Assembly (NCBI GenBank): GCA_963741955.1
Contig: CAVUKB010000004.1
Location: 288,001-352,000 of the forward strand
Source of the DNA: an uncultured Acidobacteriota bacterium
GTDB taxonomy: Bacteria > Acidobacteriota > Thermoanaerobaculia > Gp7-AA8
DNA length: 64,000 nt
Direction of reading: 5' to 3'
The position numbers and the translations under genes were made by a program. Shown piece by piece: positions 19,195 through 30,865 of this stretch; the stretch's first letter is position 1, and the number at the start of each line of letters is the position of its first letter. The notes under the pieces are model-generated. The model was not told the DNA's origin. It made no database searches and was given only the letters and a program-made list of their open reading frames with translations.

Positions 19195-20733
19195 TTACGG
19201 TTTCTCAGCGCGGTCACGGTCCGATTCGATTCTTCCGTCGCGCGCCCCTTCAATCGTTCCGTTTTCGCGGACGAATTTTTCGAACGCTTCACGAACTTCG
19301 ATGCCCCCGTCGGTCGACTCGCGCGACGCGAAGAATTCGCGGTAGCCGGGCGCGACTCGGGCGAGGTAGTCCGTCACCCCGACCCGGTATCGCGCGGCGG
19401 GGTCGATCGTCTCCCATCCGTCCGCCTGCCGGATTCGGGCCGAAACGAGGGCGTTTCCATCGATGGCGATGCGTGCTCCGGAGATCTGGCAGAACGAGTC
19501 GCTTCCGGCCCGCGATGCGCTGAGCTCGAGCAGCTTGCGGAGCTCCGATCCGGTGAGCTGGTACACCAGAATACGGTTCGGATAGGGGAGGGCTGCCTGG
19601 ATCGTTTCGGTGGGGATGACACCGGGAGGAATCGGCTCACGGAAGCTGCTGGCGGTGGAGAGGAGCAGATCGGTCGCAGTCGCCTGACGAGCGACGTCGA
19701 GCACGAGATCCGCGAGTGCGGAATCTTGCCGCGTCTGGCCCGCGACGCCGATCTCCTTCGACGCCGTCCCGATCGGTACGAAGAGCTTCGCATACCGCGG
19801 GTCGTGCTCGAGATTCCTCTGAAGCTCCTCGACCTTCTGCGCGATTGCACGATCCTCGGGAATCTCCTGTTCCATCCGCACCGGTCCGCCGGTCACGGAG
19901 ACGAGACGGTGATTCCGCACTTCGAGCGTCACCCTGCTGATGTACGTCAGGTATTGAGACGGAGCAACTGTCCAGGTCGACGTTCCCTCGATGCGGTGCA
20001 GTCCGTAAAGGAGATGGCTGTGGGTTCCGAAAATCAGATCGATTCCCGGAACCGCCCGGGCGAGCCGCACGTCGTCTTCCGCCTGTTCGTGGCCGATCAT
20101 CACCACTACGTCCGACTTCTCCTCGTCGCGCAGCCGGCGCACGATCTCCCGGGCCGTCGCGACGGGATCCGCGAAGCGCACGCCGGCGGCGGGAGCGCGG
20201 TCGGCTCCGACCAGCTTCGGGAAGTCCGGCCCCGCGACCGCGAACACACCGATGCGGATTCCCTCCCGCACGAAGAGCGCGTACGGTTTTCCGTCCACCA
20301 GGAAGAGCGGACGCCCGTCGCTGCCCAGGACATTCGCGCCGAGGATCGGATAGTCGATGCTGGTGCGGCAGCGCGCGAACTCGTCCGGACCGTAATCCGC
20401 GTCGTGATTGCCGAACGCCATCGCGTCGACGACCCCATTGAACCACTTCCACTCCACGCAGTGATAGGCATCGGACCATGCCGGCGCACCCTTGTTCATC
20501 ATGTCGCCGCCGCTGAAGACGAGGGTGTCGCGACGCGAAGCGCGGGGGCGAAGCCAGGCGACGGCCCGGGAGATCCCGGCCGCGTCGCGATCGCCGTCGC
20601 TGTAGAACGGGACCGCGTGCGAGTGATAGTCGGAAAAGTGGAGAAGTGTCACCCGGGCGCCGTCCGGCGCGGCCGCGGAGCGGCAGGAACCCAGGAGTGT
20701 CAGCAGAAGGATGGTGAAGAGGAGTCGTCGCAT
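19195..20733 (-). CDS. 5'-nucleotidase / metallophosphoesterase lipoprotein
   Basis: Lipobox LLGSC; DYHSH, GGD, GNHD and GTHSH motifs; C-terminal 5'-nucleotidase domain. Confidence 0.88.
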   Translation of the reverse strand: MRRLLFTILLLTLLGSCRSAAAPDGARVTLLHFSDYHSHAVPFYSDGDRDAAGISRAVAWLRPRASRRDTLVFSGGDMMNKGAPAWSDAYHCVEWKWFNGVVDAMAFGNHDADYGPDEFARCRTSIDYPILGANVLGSDGRPLFLVDGKPYALFVREGIRIGVFAVAGPDFPKLVGADRAPAAGVRFADPVATAREIVRRLRDEEKSDVVVMIGHEQAEDDVRLARAVPGIDLIFGTHSHLLYGLHRIEGTSTWTVAPSQYLTYISRVTLEVRNHRLVSVTGGPVRMEQEIPEDRAIAQKVEELQRNLEHDPRYAKLFVPIGTASKEIGVAGQTRQDSALADLVLDVARQATATDLLLSTASSFREPIPPGVIPTETIQAALPYPNRILVYQLTGSELRKLLELSASRAGSDSFCQISGARIAIDGNALVSARIRQADGWETIDPAARYRVGVTDYLARVAPGYREFFASRESTDGGIEVREAFEKFVRENGTIEGARDGRIESDRDRAEKP

Positions 20734-20860
20734 GATCGGTCGAACTTCGGTGGGCCATTGTACGCCGTACGTGGAGGCCGGTCTGCCGCGCTCGGGCTAT
20801 GCGCGCGCTCGCGATAGAATGCCGCCCGAAGTAACGCAACGAAACCAATGAGGAGTCCTG

Positions 20861-22240
20861 ATGCCAAACGAAAATGATTCGAAGCAGTACGCCGCATTCG
20901 CCCGGCGCGAACGCGATGCGTTCGAAAATCTCCTGACTGAATTCGTCGAAATTCCGACCGTGTCCGCACAGCCGGAACACAAGAAGGACATCAAGCGAGG
21001 CGCCGACTTCGCGGTCGCCGCCATCCGGCAGGCCGGGGGGAAAGCGCAGGTGTTCAAGACCGCCGGAAATCCGATCGTCTACGGCTCGTTCGACGTGAGC
21101 AAGTCCGCGCCGACCGTCACCATCTACAACCATCTCGACGTGCAGCCGGCGTCGAAAGCGACCGAGCCGTGGGAGACGGAGCCTTTCAAGCTGGTGAAGA
21201 AGGGCGATCGCTACTTCGGCCGCGGCACCACAGACGACAAGGGCCCGGCGCTGACTGCCCTCTTCGGCGCGGTCGCGGCACGCGAAGCTGGTGTCCCGGT
21301 CAACGTCCGTTTCCTCTGGGAAATGGAAGAAGAGATCGGCTCGCCGAGCTTCGAAGCCGCGATCCGCAACGCCGGCTCGAAAATCGACACGGATTCGGTC
21401 CTCGTCTGCGACACCATCTGGATCTCGCGAAAGCAGCCGGCCTGCCCCGCGGGACTGCGTGGCGTGCAGGGATTCGAGATGAGCCTGCAGACCGCCGCGA
21501 CCGACATCCACTCCGGGACCACCGGAGGGGCGGCGCGCAATCCACTGGGCGAGATGATGAAGCTGGTCTCCCAGATGTACGACGCAACGACCGGCAAGGT
21601 GAAGATCCCCGGCTTCTACGACGAGGTTCGCCCGGTTTCCGCCGAGGAAGCGGACGAGTTCCGTCGCTCCGGTTTCTCCATCCGGCAGTTCAAGAAGGAT
21701 CACCTCCTCAAGTCGATCCGGGCGAAAACCGACCTCGATGCGATGAAGCGTCTCTGGGCGCTCCCCACCATGGAGATTCACGGCGTAGTCGGTGGTTACA
21801 CCGGTCCCGGAATCAAGACGGTCATCCCGCCCAGCGCCTCGGTGAAGGTGTCGTGCCGCCTGGTTCCCGACCAGGATCCGAAACGGATCATCCGGCTCGT
21901 TCGCGACTTCGTGAAGAAGCACAATCCGGACGTGAAGCTCGAGTTCGAGTCGAGCATGTATCCCTACCTCGCCCCGACCACCGGACCTCTCGCCGATGCG
22001 GTGCGGCGCGCGATGGGTGCCGCATTCGGAACCGAGCCGGTCTTCGTCCGCGAAGGAGGGTCGATCGGAGCCGTGGTCTCGATGGAAAAAGTCCTCCGCA
22101 AGCCGATCCTCTTTCTCGGGCTCTCGCTCCCGGAGCACGGCTACCACGCCCCGAACGAGAACTACGACTGGCGGCAGGCGAAAGGCGGCATGGTCGCATT
22201 CGCGAAGTACTTCGAGGAGCTCGCCCGGATCGGCAAGTAG
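20861..22240 (+). CDS. M20 family metallopeptidase (dipeptidase)
   Basis: YNHLDVQP, GRGTTDDKG, EMEEEIGS, DIHSG, REGGSI and HAPNE motifs. Confidence 0.92.
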   Translation: MPNENDSKQYAAFARRERDAFENLLTEFVEIPTVSAQPEHKKDIKRGADFAVAAIRQAGGKAQVFKTAGNPIVYGSFDVSKSAPTVTIYNHLDVQPASKATEPWETEPFKLVKKGDRYFGRGTTDDKGPALTALFGAVAAREAGVPVNVRFLWEMEEEIGSPSFEAAIRNAGSKIDTDSVLVCDTIWISRKQPACPAGLRGVQGFEMSLQTAATDIHSGTTGGAARNPLGEMMKLVSQMYDATTGKVKIPGFYDEVRPVSAEEADEFRRSGFSIRQFKKDHLLKSIRAKTDLDAMKRLWALPTMEIHGVVGGYTGPGIKTVIPPSASVKVSCRLVPDQDPKRIIRLVRDFVKKHNPDVKLEFESSMYPYLAPTTGPLADAVRRAMGAAFGTEPVFVREGGSIGAVVSMEKVLRKPILFLGLSLPEHGYHAPNENYDWRQAKGGMVAFAKYFEELARIGK

Positions 22241-22639
22241 CCTCACCGGCGAGATGCCGCGATGCGGCGCGCATCGCGCTCCAGCCGGAGACCGGGATGA
22301 ACGGCGCCGGAGAGACTCTCGAGATGCAGACCAGAGGGGGAGGGGCCGAGTGGCTCCTCCACCGGCGGGCCGGGAAGGTTCACCCTTTCCGGTCCGCCCG
22401 GCATTCCGATTGCATCGGCAGCAGCGCAATGCGGTTCACCACGCTAAGACCTTCCAGATTCAGGACTTCGGACCGGCAATAACGGGAAGCGAAGGCGCTT
22501 CCGGGAATAGGCTCGAACGGCCATGGACTTGACGACGCGTTGGGAAATGTTCAAACTCTCCCGGTTTCGAGCAATCCCGAACGCAAGGCCTGATCCGGGT
22601 GCAGGACCCGTGAATCGGCCGGAAAAATCCGGTGAAAAC

Positions 22640-22705
22640 TTGACAAGTGCCCCTGAGCAGTTTAGAAGGTCACATCATTTTTTCACGTCACAATGCCTTG
22701 TGACG
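22640..22705 (+). promoter_or_regulatory. Putative promoter (TTGACA) and palindromic operator upstream of the act operon
   Basis: TTGACA at 22640-22645, weak -10-like TAGAAG 17 nt later; inverted repeat CGTCACAA-tgcc-TTGTGACG at 22686-22705. Confidence 0.45.
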
Positions 22706-22759
22706 GCGTCCAACCATTCCACGTTCGCTAAGCCACAGAAGAGGTAGACGGAACTCGCG

Positions 22760-23413
22760 ATGCAGATTTTCCATCGTAGCTCGAATGCTCTTGCCCGTAT
22801 CAGCATCCTCGCTCTGGTCTTTCTGGTCGCCTTCGCATTCTGGGTCCTTGCCGCCATCAACCAGTCGCCGTTCGCGACGAGGCAGGACGTGTTCACCGAA
22901 CAGCCGGTTCCCTTCAGCCACCAGCATCACGTCACCGGCCTCGGGATCGATTGCCGTTATTGCCATACCTCGGTCGAGACCTCTTCCTTCGCGGGAATCC
23001 CGCCGATCTCCACGTGCATGAACTGTCACAAACAGATCTGGACGAACGCCCAGCTCCTCGAGCCGATTCGCAACGCATTCCGTACCGGCGTTCCGATTCA
23101 GTGGATTCGGGTCAACCAGCTCCCCGACTACGTCCAGTTCAACCACAGTATTCACATCAACAAGGGCATCGGATGCGTCTCGTGTCACGGGCGCGTCGAT
23201 CTGATGCCTTTGACCTATCAGGCCCAGCCTCTGACGATGGGGTGGTGTCTCAGCTGCCACAAGCATCCCGAGAAATTCATCCGTCCGAAAGATCGCGTGT
23301 TCGACCTGGCCTGGAAGCCGGGTCCGGAAAAGCCGCAGTCGGTGCTGGGGCCGGAGCTGGTGAAGCTCTACAACGTCAAGTCGAAGACCAATTGCTCGAC
23401 GTGTCACTACTGA
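22760..23413 (+). CDS. actA: Alternative complex III pentaheme cytochrome c
   Basis: N-terminal TM helix, QPVPFSH, five CxxCH motifs, terminal CSTCHY. Confidence 0.92.
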   Translation: MQIFHRSSNALARISILALVFLVAFAFWVLAAINQSPFATRQDVFTEQPVPFSHQHHVTGLGIDCRYCHTSVETSSFAGIPPISTCMNCHKQIWTNAQLLEPIRNAFRTGVPIQWIRVNQLPDYVQFNHSIHINKGIGCVSCHGRVDLMPLTYQAQPLTMGWCLSCHKHPEKFIRPKDRVFDLAWKPGPEKPQSVLGPELVKLYNVKSKTNCSTCHY

Positions 23414-23544
23414 TACGCCGAGGATGCGATTGAGTGAACGCTCCGACCCGGGAGCCCTGCGTTTTCCGGGGAGGGACAGACGGACAGCGTAGTTCGACCG
23501 GAGTCGGCGAGGAATTCGTCCGGCCGGTTCATGACGGAAACGAG

Positions 23545-26534
23545 ATGACGAACGACAACCAGCAGCTCGATCTGGCAACTTTCACCTCGCGGGTCAATCC
23601 TGACGGGCGTCCCGAATACTGGCGCACGCTCGACCAGCTGGCCCAGGATTCGGCCGTCGCCGAGTTCCTCCACTACGAATTCCCCCAGCAGGCCGCGCCG
23701 ATGGCCGATGGAGTCGACCGGCGCGATTTTCTCCGGCTGATGGGTGCTTCGTTCGCCATGGCGGGGCTTGCCGCATGTGCGCGTCCGATCGAAAAGATCG
23801 TCCCGTACGTGAACATGCCGGAGGAGGTGATCCCCGGAAAGCCGCTCTTCTTCGCCACCGCTTCGACGTTCGGCGACAGCGGGCTCGGTCTTCTCGTCGA
23901 GAGCCACATGGGCCGTCCGACCAAGATCGAAGGAAATCCCACTCATCCGGCGAGTCTCGGTGCGACCGACACGTTCGCGCAGGCCTCGGTGCTCTCTCTG
24001 TACGATCCGGACCGTTCACCCGCAGTGCGGCATCTCGGTGAGATCTCGACGTACAACAACTTCCTCTCCGATCTCCAGCCGCGGCTCGCGCTGGCGAAGA
24101 ATTCCGGAGGGAAGGGGGTCCGTCTTCTCACCGACACCATCGTCTCGCCGACGCTCGGCGAGCAGATTCAGAAGTTCCGGCAGCTGTATCCGCAGGCGGT
24201 CTGGCACCAGTTCGAGCCGGCCAACCGCGACAACGCGCGCGAGGGCGCGCGCATGGTCTTCGGCCGTTACGTCAACCCCGTCTACCACTTCGATCAGGCG
24301 GACCTGGTCCTCTCGTTCGACAGTGATTTTCTCGCCTACGGTCCGGGAAGCGTCCGTTACGCGCACGATTTCTCCGAGCGGCGGCGGGTTCGTTCCGGAG
24401 GGCAGGCTTCGATGAGCCGCGTCTATGCGGTCGAGTCGATGCCGACTTCCACCGGGGCGATCGCCGATCACCGGATCCCTCTCCGCGCCTCCGAGGTGGA
24501 GACGTTCGCGCGGGCACTGGCGCGGCAACTCGGGATCTCCGTCGAAGCGGGGGAGGTCCCGGCCTCTGCGGCAGCCATGGTGGGGCCGATCGCGGCCGAC
24601 CTCCGGAAGCACGCAGGACGGGTGATCGTCATCGCCGGCGATCATCAGAGTCCGGCGGTGCACGCCATCGCCCATTCGATGAACGGACTGCTCGGCGGAG
24701 CGGGGAAGACGGTCACGTACACCGAGCCCATCGAAGTCGAAGCGATGAACCAGGGAGCTTCCCTCGCTCAGCTGGTGCAGGAGATGAACGCCGGACAGGT
24801 CGAGACTCTGCTGATCATGAACACCAATCCGGTATTCGACGCTCCGGCCGATCTCCGGTTCGCCGATGCGATGAAGAAGGTCAGGTTCCGCGCCCAGCTG
24901 AGTCTCTACTACGACGAGACCTCGGAGCTCTGTGACTGGCATGTTCCGGCGACGCATTTTCTCGAGCACTGGAGTGACACGCGCGCGTACGACGGTACCG
25001 CCGCGATCGTGCAGCCTCTGATCGCGCCGCTCTACAACGGGAGGTCTCCTCACGAAGCTGCTCGCGGCGATGACCGACGATGCCCGCGAGCCGTACGCGA
25101 TCGTCCGCGATCACTGGCGGTCGCACGCCGGTGGGATGGCGTTCGATTCGACGTGGGAGAAATGGCTGAACGACGGAGTCATCCCCGGAACGGCGGCTCC
25201 GGCCATCCAACTCGCCGCCGGATCTCGCCACTCTCCCCGCGCAGCAGAACGGCGGGGGAGATTTCGAGCTGATGTTCCGTCCCGACCCGACCATCTGGGA
25301 TGGCCGCTTTGCGAACAACGCGTGGTTGCAGGAGCTGCCCAAGCCGTTCATGAAGACGGTGTGGGACAACGCTCTGGTGATGAACCCGATCACCGCCTCG
25401 AAGATGAATCTGACGGACGAGGACACCGTGGAGCTCCGCCGCGGCAACGCCACGGTCACCCTTCCGATCTACCGGCTGGCCGGCCATCCGGAAGACTCGG
25501 CGACCGCGTACTTCGGCTACGGCCGCCGCCGGGCGGGGCGGGTGGGCGACAAGGTCGGGTTCGACGTCTATCCGCTCCGGACGACGAACGCACTCTGGTC
25601 CACGCGCGAGGTCGAGATGCGCAAGACCGGGGAAAAGTACCGTCTGGCGATGACCCAGCATCACTTCATGCTCGATTCCGACTGGACCGACAAGCGGGCG
25701 ATCGTTCGCGAGGGCTCTCTCGAGGAGTACAGACGAAACCCGGAGTTCGCGCAGGAGATGTCCGAGGGACCGATTCTCGGCGGACCGACGCTGTACCCGA
25801 ACGATCATCCCTACACCGGCTATGCGTGGGGGATGGTCATCGACACGACGGTGTGTACCGGGTGCCAGGCGTGCGTCATCGCATGCGTCTCGGAGAACAA
25901 CATCGCGGTAGTGGGTAAGAAGGAAGTGATGCGGGGCCGTGAGATGTACTGGCTCCGGATCGACAACTACTACCGTGGCGACATGACCAATCCGACCATT
26001 TTCACCCAGCCGATTCCGTGTATGCATTGCGAGAACGCACCGTGTGAGCCGGTCTGCCCGGTCGAGGCGACCACGCACAGTCCGGAGGGCATCAACGAGA
26101 TGACCTACAACCGGTGTGTGGGGACCCGCTACTGCTCCAACAACTGTCCCTACAAAGTGCGGCGGTTCAACTTCTTCCAGTACTCGGATTACGAGACGCC
26201 GAGCCTGAAGGGGATGCGGAATCCCGACGTGACGGTGCGGACGCGCGGAGTGATGGAGAAGTGCACCTACTGCGTGCAGCGCGTCAACGCCGCACGGATC
26301 GAGGCGGAAAAGGCGGACCGGAAGATCCGGGACGGCGAGATCATCACCGCCTGCCAGCAGGCCTGTCCCACGAACGCGATCGTCTTCGGTGACATCAACG
26401 ACAACAGCAGTCACGTGTCGAAGCTCAAGGCCGAGCCGACGAACTACGGACTGGTGGTGGAGCTGAATACCCGGCCACGCACGACCTATCTGGCGACGAT
26501 TCGTAACCCGAATTCGGAGATCAAAGCGGAGTAG
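23545..26534 (+). pseudogene. actB: Alternative complex III ActB (molybdopterin-oxidoreductase-like + 4Fe-4S domains), interrupted by two frameshifts (possibly sequencing errors)
   Basis: YWRTL, Tat motif DRRDFL, GRPTKIEGNP; frame changes near 25056 and ~25210-25240; then RPDPTIWDGRFANN, CTGCQACVIAC, CMHCENAPCEPVCP and MEKCTYCVQR. Confidence 0.88.
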
Positions 26535-26536
26535 AT

Positions 26537-27958
26537 ATGGCCGTCGAAAGTCCTGACAAGAACCTGGACCGGTTCCAGCGAATCCCGACCATCGGTCCGG
26601 GTCATACCTTCGGTACGATCACTGACAAGATCAGTTCGATCGTCCTGACCACCAAGACTCCGCGAGGATGGTTCGTCGGGTTCACCATCGCCTTCCTGGT
26701 GGTGATGATGATGCTCTATGCGATCGGCGGCCTCCTTTACTGGGGCGTCGGGGTGTGGGGCATCAACATTCCGGTGGGCTGGGGTTTCGCCATCGTGAAC
26801 TTCGTCTGGTGGATCGGTATCGGCCACGCCGGAACGCTGATCTCCGCGATTCTCCTCCTCCTGCATCAGGACTGGAGAACTTCCATCAACCGTTTCGCGG
26901 AAGCGATGACGCTCTTCGCGGTCGCCTGCGCGGGCCTCTTTCCGCTGCTGCACGTAGGCCGTCCGTGGTTCGCGTACTGGCTCTTCCCGTACCCGAACGT
27001 GATGGGACTCTGGCCGCAGTTCCGCAGCCCGCTGATCTGGGACGTCTTCGCGGTCTCGACCTACGGAACCGTCTCGCTCCTCTTCTGGTTCGTCGGGCTG
27101 ATCCCCGATCTCGCAACGCTGCGCGACCGCGCGAAACACCGCGTCCCGCAGGTGATCTACGGGGCACTCTCGCTCGGCTGGCGCGGTTCCGCACGTCACT
27201 GGTACCGCTACGAGACCGCCTACCTCCTTCTGGCCGGTCTCTCCACACCGCTGGTCCTGTCGGTGCACACCGTGGTCAGCTTCGACTTCGCTGTGGCGAT
27301 CGTTCCCGGGTGGCATTCGACGTTCTTTCCTCCGTACTTCGTCGCCGGCGCCATCTACTCGGGATTCGCGATGGTCATCACCCTCGCCGTTCCGATCCGG
27401 AAGGCGTTCGGTCTGGAAGACTTCATCACCATCCGGCATCTCGAGAACATGGGGAAGATCATGCTGGCGACCGGAATGATCGTCGCCTACGCATACGTGA
27501 TGGAGATCTTCTACGCCTGGTACAGCGGAAACATCTACGAGCGATTCATGATGCTCAACCGCCAGACCGGGCCCTACGCGGTCAGCTACGCGATCCTGGT
27601 TCTCTGCAACATCATCACCCCGCAGCTCCTCTGGTCGAAGAAGGTGCGCACCACGCCGATCGTCCTCTTCCTCATCTCCCTGGTGGTCAACACCGGGATG
27701 TGGCTGGAACGGTTCGTGATCGTCGTGACCAGTCTCCACCGCGACTTCCTTCCGTCGTCGTGGGACATGTACTACCCGACCTCCTGGGACATCATGCTGT
27801 TCGTCGGAACGCTCGGGTTCTTCACCCTCCTGCTGTTCCTCTTCATCCGACTGCTGCCGATGATCTCGATCTTCGAGATGAGAACGCTGGTACCCGAAGC
27901 GGAGATCCACCACCGCGTCATAGCTCACCAGCTGACCGAGCGTGAGGAGGGCGAGTGA
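26537..27958 (+). CDS. actC: Alternative complex III quinol-binding membrane subunit (NrfD-like)
   Basis: [39 protein letters not shown] and GMWLERFVI motifs. Confidence 0.93.
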   Translation: MAVESPDKNLDRFQRIPTIGPGHTFGTITDKISSIVLTTKTPRGWFVGFTIAFLVVMMMLYAIGGLLYWGVGVWGINIPVGWGFAIVNFVWWIGIGHAGTLISAILLLLHQDWRTSINRFAEAMTLFAVACAGLFPLLHVGRPWFAYWLFPYPNVMGLWPQFRSPLIWDVFAVSTYGTVSLLFWFVGLIPDLATLRDRAKHRVPQVIYGALSLGWRGSARHWYRYETAYLLLAGLSTPLVLSVHTVVSFDFAVAIVPGWHSTFFPPYFVAGAIYSGFAMVITLAVPIRKAFGLEDFITIRHLENMGKIMLATGMIVAYAYVMEIFYAWYSGNIYERFMMLNRQTGPYAVSYAILVLCNIITPQLLWSKKVRTTPIVLFLISLVVNTGMWLERFVIVVTSLHRDFLPSSWDMYYPTSWDIMLFVGTLGFFTLLLFLFIRLLPMISIFEMRTLVPEAEIHHRVIAHQLTEREEGE

Positions 27959-27960
27959 CG

Positions 27961-28500
27961 ATGAGAGAGAAGCACCACATCTACGGGCTCGTCGCGGAAT
28001 TCGAGACTCCGACCGCGCTGCTCCACGCGGCTCACGCGGCCCGCGAGCACGGGTTCAAGAAGCTCGACGCGTTCTCGCCGTTCCCCATTCACGGACTGAA
28101 CGACGCAGTCGGGTTTCCGAAGACCTGGATGCCGCTGATCGTTCTCTGCGGCGGGATCTTCGGTGGGGTGGGCGGATTCTTCATGCAGTGGTTCGCCAAC
28201 GTGGTGCATCTGCCGCTGAACATCGGCGGAAAGCCGTTCAACAGCTGGCCGGCGTTCATTCCGATCACGTTCGAGATGACGGTGCTCTTCGCCGCGCTGG
28301 CGGCGGTCTTCGGGATGCTGGCACTGAACGGGTTTCCCCGTCCTTATCACCCGCTTTTCAACGTGCCGCGCTTCGCATTCGCGTCGCGCGATCGCTTCTT
28401 CCTCTGCATCGAATCGGAGGACGAGAAATTCGATCCCCGGAAGACCCGCGACTTCCTCGCCGGTCTCGGTCCCGTCGAGGTGTCCGATGTCCCCTGGTGA
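27961..28500 (+). CDS. actD: Alternative complex III subunit D (DUF3341)
   Basis: [35 protein letters not shown] motifs. Confidence 0.9.
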   Translation: MREKHHIYGLVAEFETPTALLHAAHAAREHGFKKLDAFSPFPIHGLNDAVGFPKTWMPLIVLCGGIFGGVGGFFMQWFANVVHLPLNIGGKPFNSWPAFIPITFEMTVLFAALAAVFGMLALNGFPRPYHPLFNVPRFAFASRDRFFLCIESEDEKFDPRKTRDFLAGLGPVEVSDVPW

Positions 28501-28537
28501 CCGGACGCCGAATCCCGCGGAAGTGGATGAACGAGAG

Positions 28538-29161
28538 ATGATGAACGAAACGATCAGAGCGAGATCTTTGGCCCGGACGGCGCTGGTGCGATTCGCGCTC
28601 GCGTGCCTGCTGGCCGGATCGATGGTGGCCTGCCGGCTGCCGCAGAAGATGGGCCAGCAGCCGCAGTACGATCCGTACGAAGCGAGCTCCTTCTGGGCCG
28701 ATGGGAATTCCGCCCGCCCGCTGGTGCAGGGGACCGTGGCGCGAGGCACATTGCACGACGATCCGTTCCTCTACACGGGGAAGGTCAACGGACAGCTGGT
28801 CGACAGCTTTCCTTTCCCGATCGACGACGCAGTGATGGCGCGCGGACAACAGCGTTTCAATATCTATTGTTCTCCCTGCCACAGCATGATGGGCGACGGG
28901 AACGGGATGATCGTCCAGCGCGGTTACCGCCGTCCCCCCTCGTACCACACCGAGAAGCTCCGCACCATGCCGGTGGGACACTTCTTCGACGTGATCACCA
29001 ACGGGTTCGGAGCGATGCCGGCCTACGGACCCATGATTCCGGTTCGCGACCGCTGGGCGATCGTCGCCTACGTCCGCGCGCTGCAGTTCAGCCAGAATGC
29101 CACGCTCGCCGATCTCACTCCGGCCGAACGTGAACGACTACTCGCCGGAGGAACTCACTGA
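28538..29161 (+). CDS. actE: Alternative complex III monoheme cytochrome c lipoprotein
   Basis: Lipobox MVAC, GTVARG, CSPCH, GFGAMPAY, DRWAIVAY motifs. Confidence 0.9.
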   Translation: MMNETIRARSLARTALVRFALACLLAGSMVACRLPQKMGQQPQYDPYEASSFWADGNSARPLVQGTVARGTLHDDPFLYTGKVNGQLVDSFPFPIDDAVMARGQQRFNIYCSPCHSMMGDGNGMIVQRGYRRPPSYHTEKLRTMPVGHFFDVITNGFGAMPAYGPMIPVRDRWAIVAYVRALQFSQNATLADLTPAERERLLAGGTH

Positions 29162-30357
29162 TGACCACTGCTCGGGAGCAGGCTCCGGCTCTGTTCGGAC
29201 TGCAGAAATGGTTCTGGGCCGCCGCCGCGATCGGAGTGATCGCGATGGTGATCGGAGCCTTCGTCAACGTGGATCAGTTTCTCCGCTCGTATCTGTGGGC
29301 CTGGATCTTCATGGCTACGATCTCCTTCGGGTGTCTCGGAATCCTGATGATCCAGTACCTCACCGGGGGAGTGTGGGGGACGCTGATCCGTCGTCCTCTG
29401 GAGGCCGCCGCACGGACCATCCCGTTCGTGGCCATTCTCATCATTCCGATCTTTCTCGGAATGACCCACCTCTACGAGTGGACCCATGCGGAAGTGGTCC
29501 GGCACGATCCGGTCCTGCAGATCAAGGCGTCCTATCTCAACGAGCCGTTCTTCATCGGACGGACGGTGTTCTTTTTCGCTCTCTGGATGACGTTCGCGTT
29601 CCTCCTCAACCATTGGGCGAGGCAGTACGAGGAGACCCGTTCTCCCTGGACCGCACTGCGGCTTCGGCAGGTCAGCGGGATCGGTCTCCCGATCATGGGC
29701 TTCACGCTCACGTTCGCGTCGGTCGACTGGGGAATGTCGCTCGAGCCCCACTGGACCTCGACCATGTACGGGCTCTCGTTCCTGGTCGGCTGTCTGCTGA
29801 ACGGATTCGCGTTCTCGATCTTCAGCCTCACCACCGCCTGTCGCAATCCGGAGGTCAGCCGGATCGTGCCGCGGGAGAAGCTCCGCGACCTCGGCAATCT
29901 TCTCCTCGCGTCGGTGATGCTGTGGGCCTATCTGGCGTTCTCCGAGTTCATGCTGATCTGGTATGGCAATCTTCGCGAAGAGACGCCGTACTTCATCCGT
30001 CGCGCGGCAGGATGGTGGGGATTCATCGCCGGATTCCTGATCGTGTTCCATTTCTTTCTCCCGTTCTTCCTCCTGCTGATGCGCCGGATCAAGGATCGGC
30101 CGAGCGTGATCCGCATTGTGGCCATCCTGGTTCTCCTCGTGCATGCGGTCGACGTGTTCTGGCTGATCACGCCAGCCTTCCTGCAGCAGGGCCCCGACCC
30201 GTGGAACACGCCGTTTCATCTCAGCTGGCTCGATTTCGCGGCCTGGATCGGATTGACCGGACTCTGGGTCGGGCTCTTCCTGTGGCAGCTCGGCAAGAGA
30301 GCGGTCTTCCCGGAGGGTGAACTGATCGAAGAGCCGGAGGTCTACTCACATGCCTGA
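29161..30357 (+). CDS. actF: Alternative complex III membrane subunit F
   Basis: DWGMSLEPHWTSTMYG and WAYLAFSEFMLIWYGN motifs; operon position. Confidence 0.9.
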   Translation: MTTAREQAPALFGLQKWFWAAAAIGVIAMVIGAFVNVDQFLRSYLWAWIFMATISFGCLGILMIQYLTGGVWGTLIRRPLEAAARTIPFVAILIIPIFLGMTHLYEWTHAEVVRHDPVLQIKASYLNEPFFIGRTVFFFALWMTFAFLLNHWARQYEETRSPWTALRLRQVSGIGLPIMGFTLTFASVDWGMSLEPHWTSTMYGLSFLVGCLLNGFAFSIFSLTTACRNPEVSRIVPREKLRDLGNLLLASVMLWAYLAFSEFMLIWYGNLREETPYFIRRAAGWWGFIAGFLIVFHFFLPFFLLLMRRIKDRPSVIRIVAILVLLVHAVDVFWLITPAFLQQGPDPWNTPFHLSWLDFAAWIGLTGLWVGLFLWQLGKRAVFPEGELIEEPEVYSHA

Positions 30358-30865
30358 GATCACACATCACGAAGACGAGCCGAATCTCGAGATCCATCAC
30401 GAGAGCAGCGACGTCAATGTGCGGGGAGTGCTCTGGTTCTTCGTCATTTTTTTCGTCGTCACCCTCGTCTCGTTCGCCGGGCTCTGGGGCCTCTACAAGT
30501 ACTACGCGTACAGCGAGCGTGAAGCCCAGGCTCCTCCCATGTCGCGACTGCCGGAGGCTTCGAATCAGACGCCTCCCGCGCCGAACCTGCAGACCGACCC
30601 GCCGCGGGACATGGCTCTGTTCCGCGCGGAAGAAACGAAGCAGCTCGATCAGGCCGGATGGGTCGACCGTAAGAACGGGATCGTCCGGATTCCGATCGAG
30701 GAAGCCATGAAAGAAGTCGTACAGCGAGGCTTGCCGGTCCGCCAGCAGCCGCAGTCGTCGACAGCGACTGCCGGCGCGGCGGCAGGTGCCGGTTCCGCGA
30801 GTGCCCCTCCGGTTGCGGGCGCCCCCTCCGGAACCGGAAGACCCATGGAGAAATCGTCCCAATGA
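30350..30865 (+). CDS. actG: ActG-like single-pass subunit
   Basis: HESSDVN, TM helix, PNLQ, GWVD...RIPIEEAM; position after actF. Confidence 0.7.
   Translation: MPEITHHEDEPNLEIHHESSDVNVRGVLWFFVIFFVVTLVSFAGLWGLYKYYAYSEREAQAPPMSRLPEASNQTPPAPNLQTDPPRDMALFRAEETKQLDQAGWVDRKNGIVRIPIEEAMKEVVQRGLPVRQQPQSSTATAGAAAGAGSASAPPVAGAPSGTGRPMEKSSQ

Noticed and set aside
19637-22429. 930-aa minus-strand ORF and similar long ORFs (e.g. 8830-10536, 51821-53320, 26486-27928)
   Set aside because: Antisense or alternate-frame shadows of well-supported genes, typical of high-GC DNA.
23545-26534. Natural ActB1/ActB2 split
   Set aside because: The break is inside the molybdopterin-like domain and ActB-like sequence continues in an intermediate frame, which indicates frameshifts.
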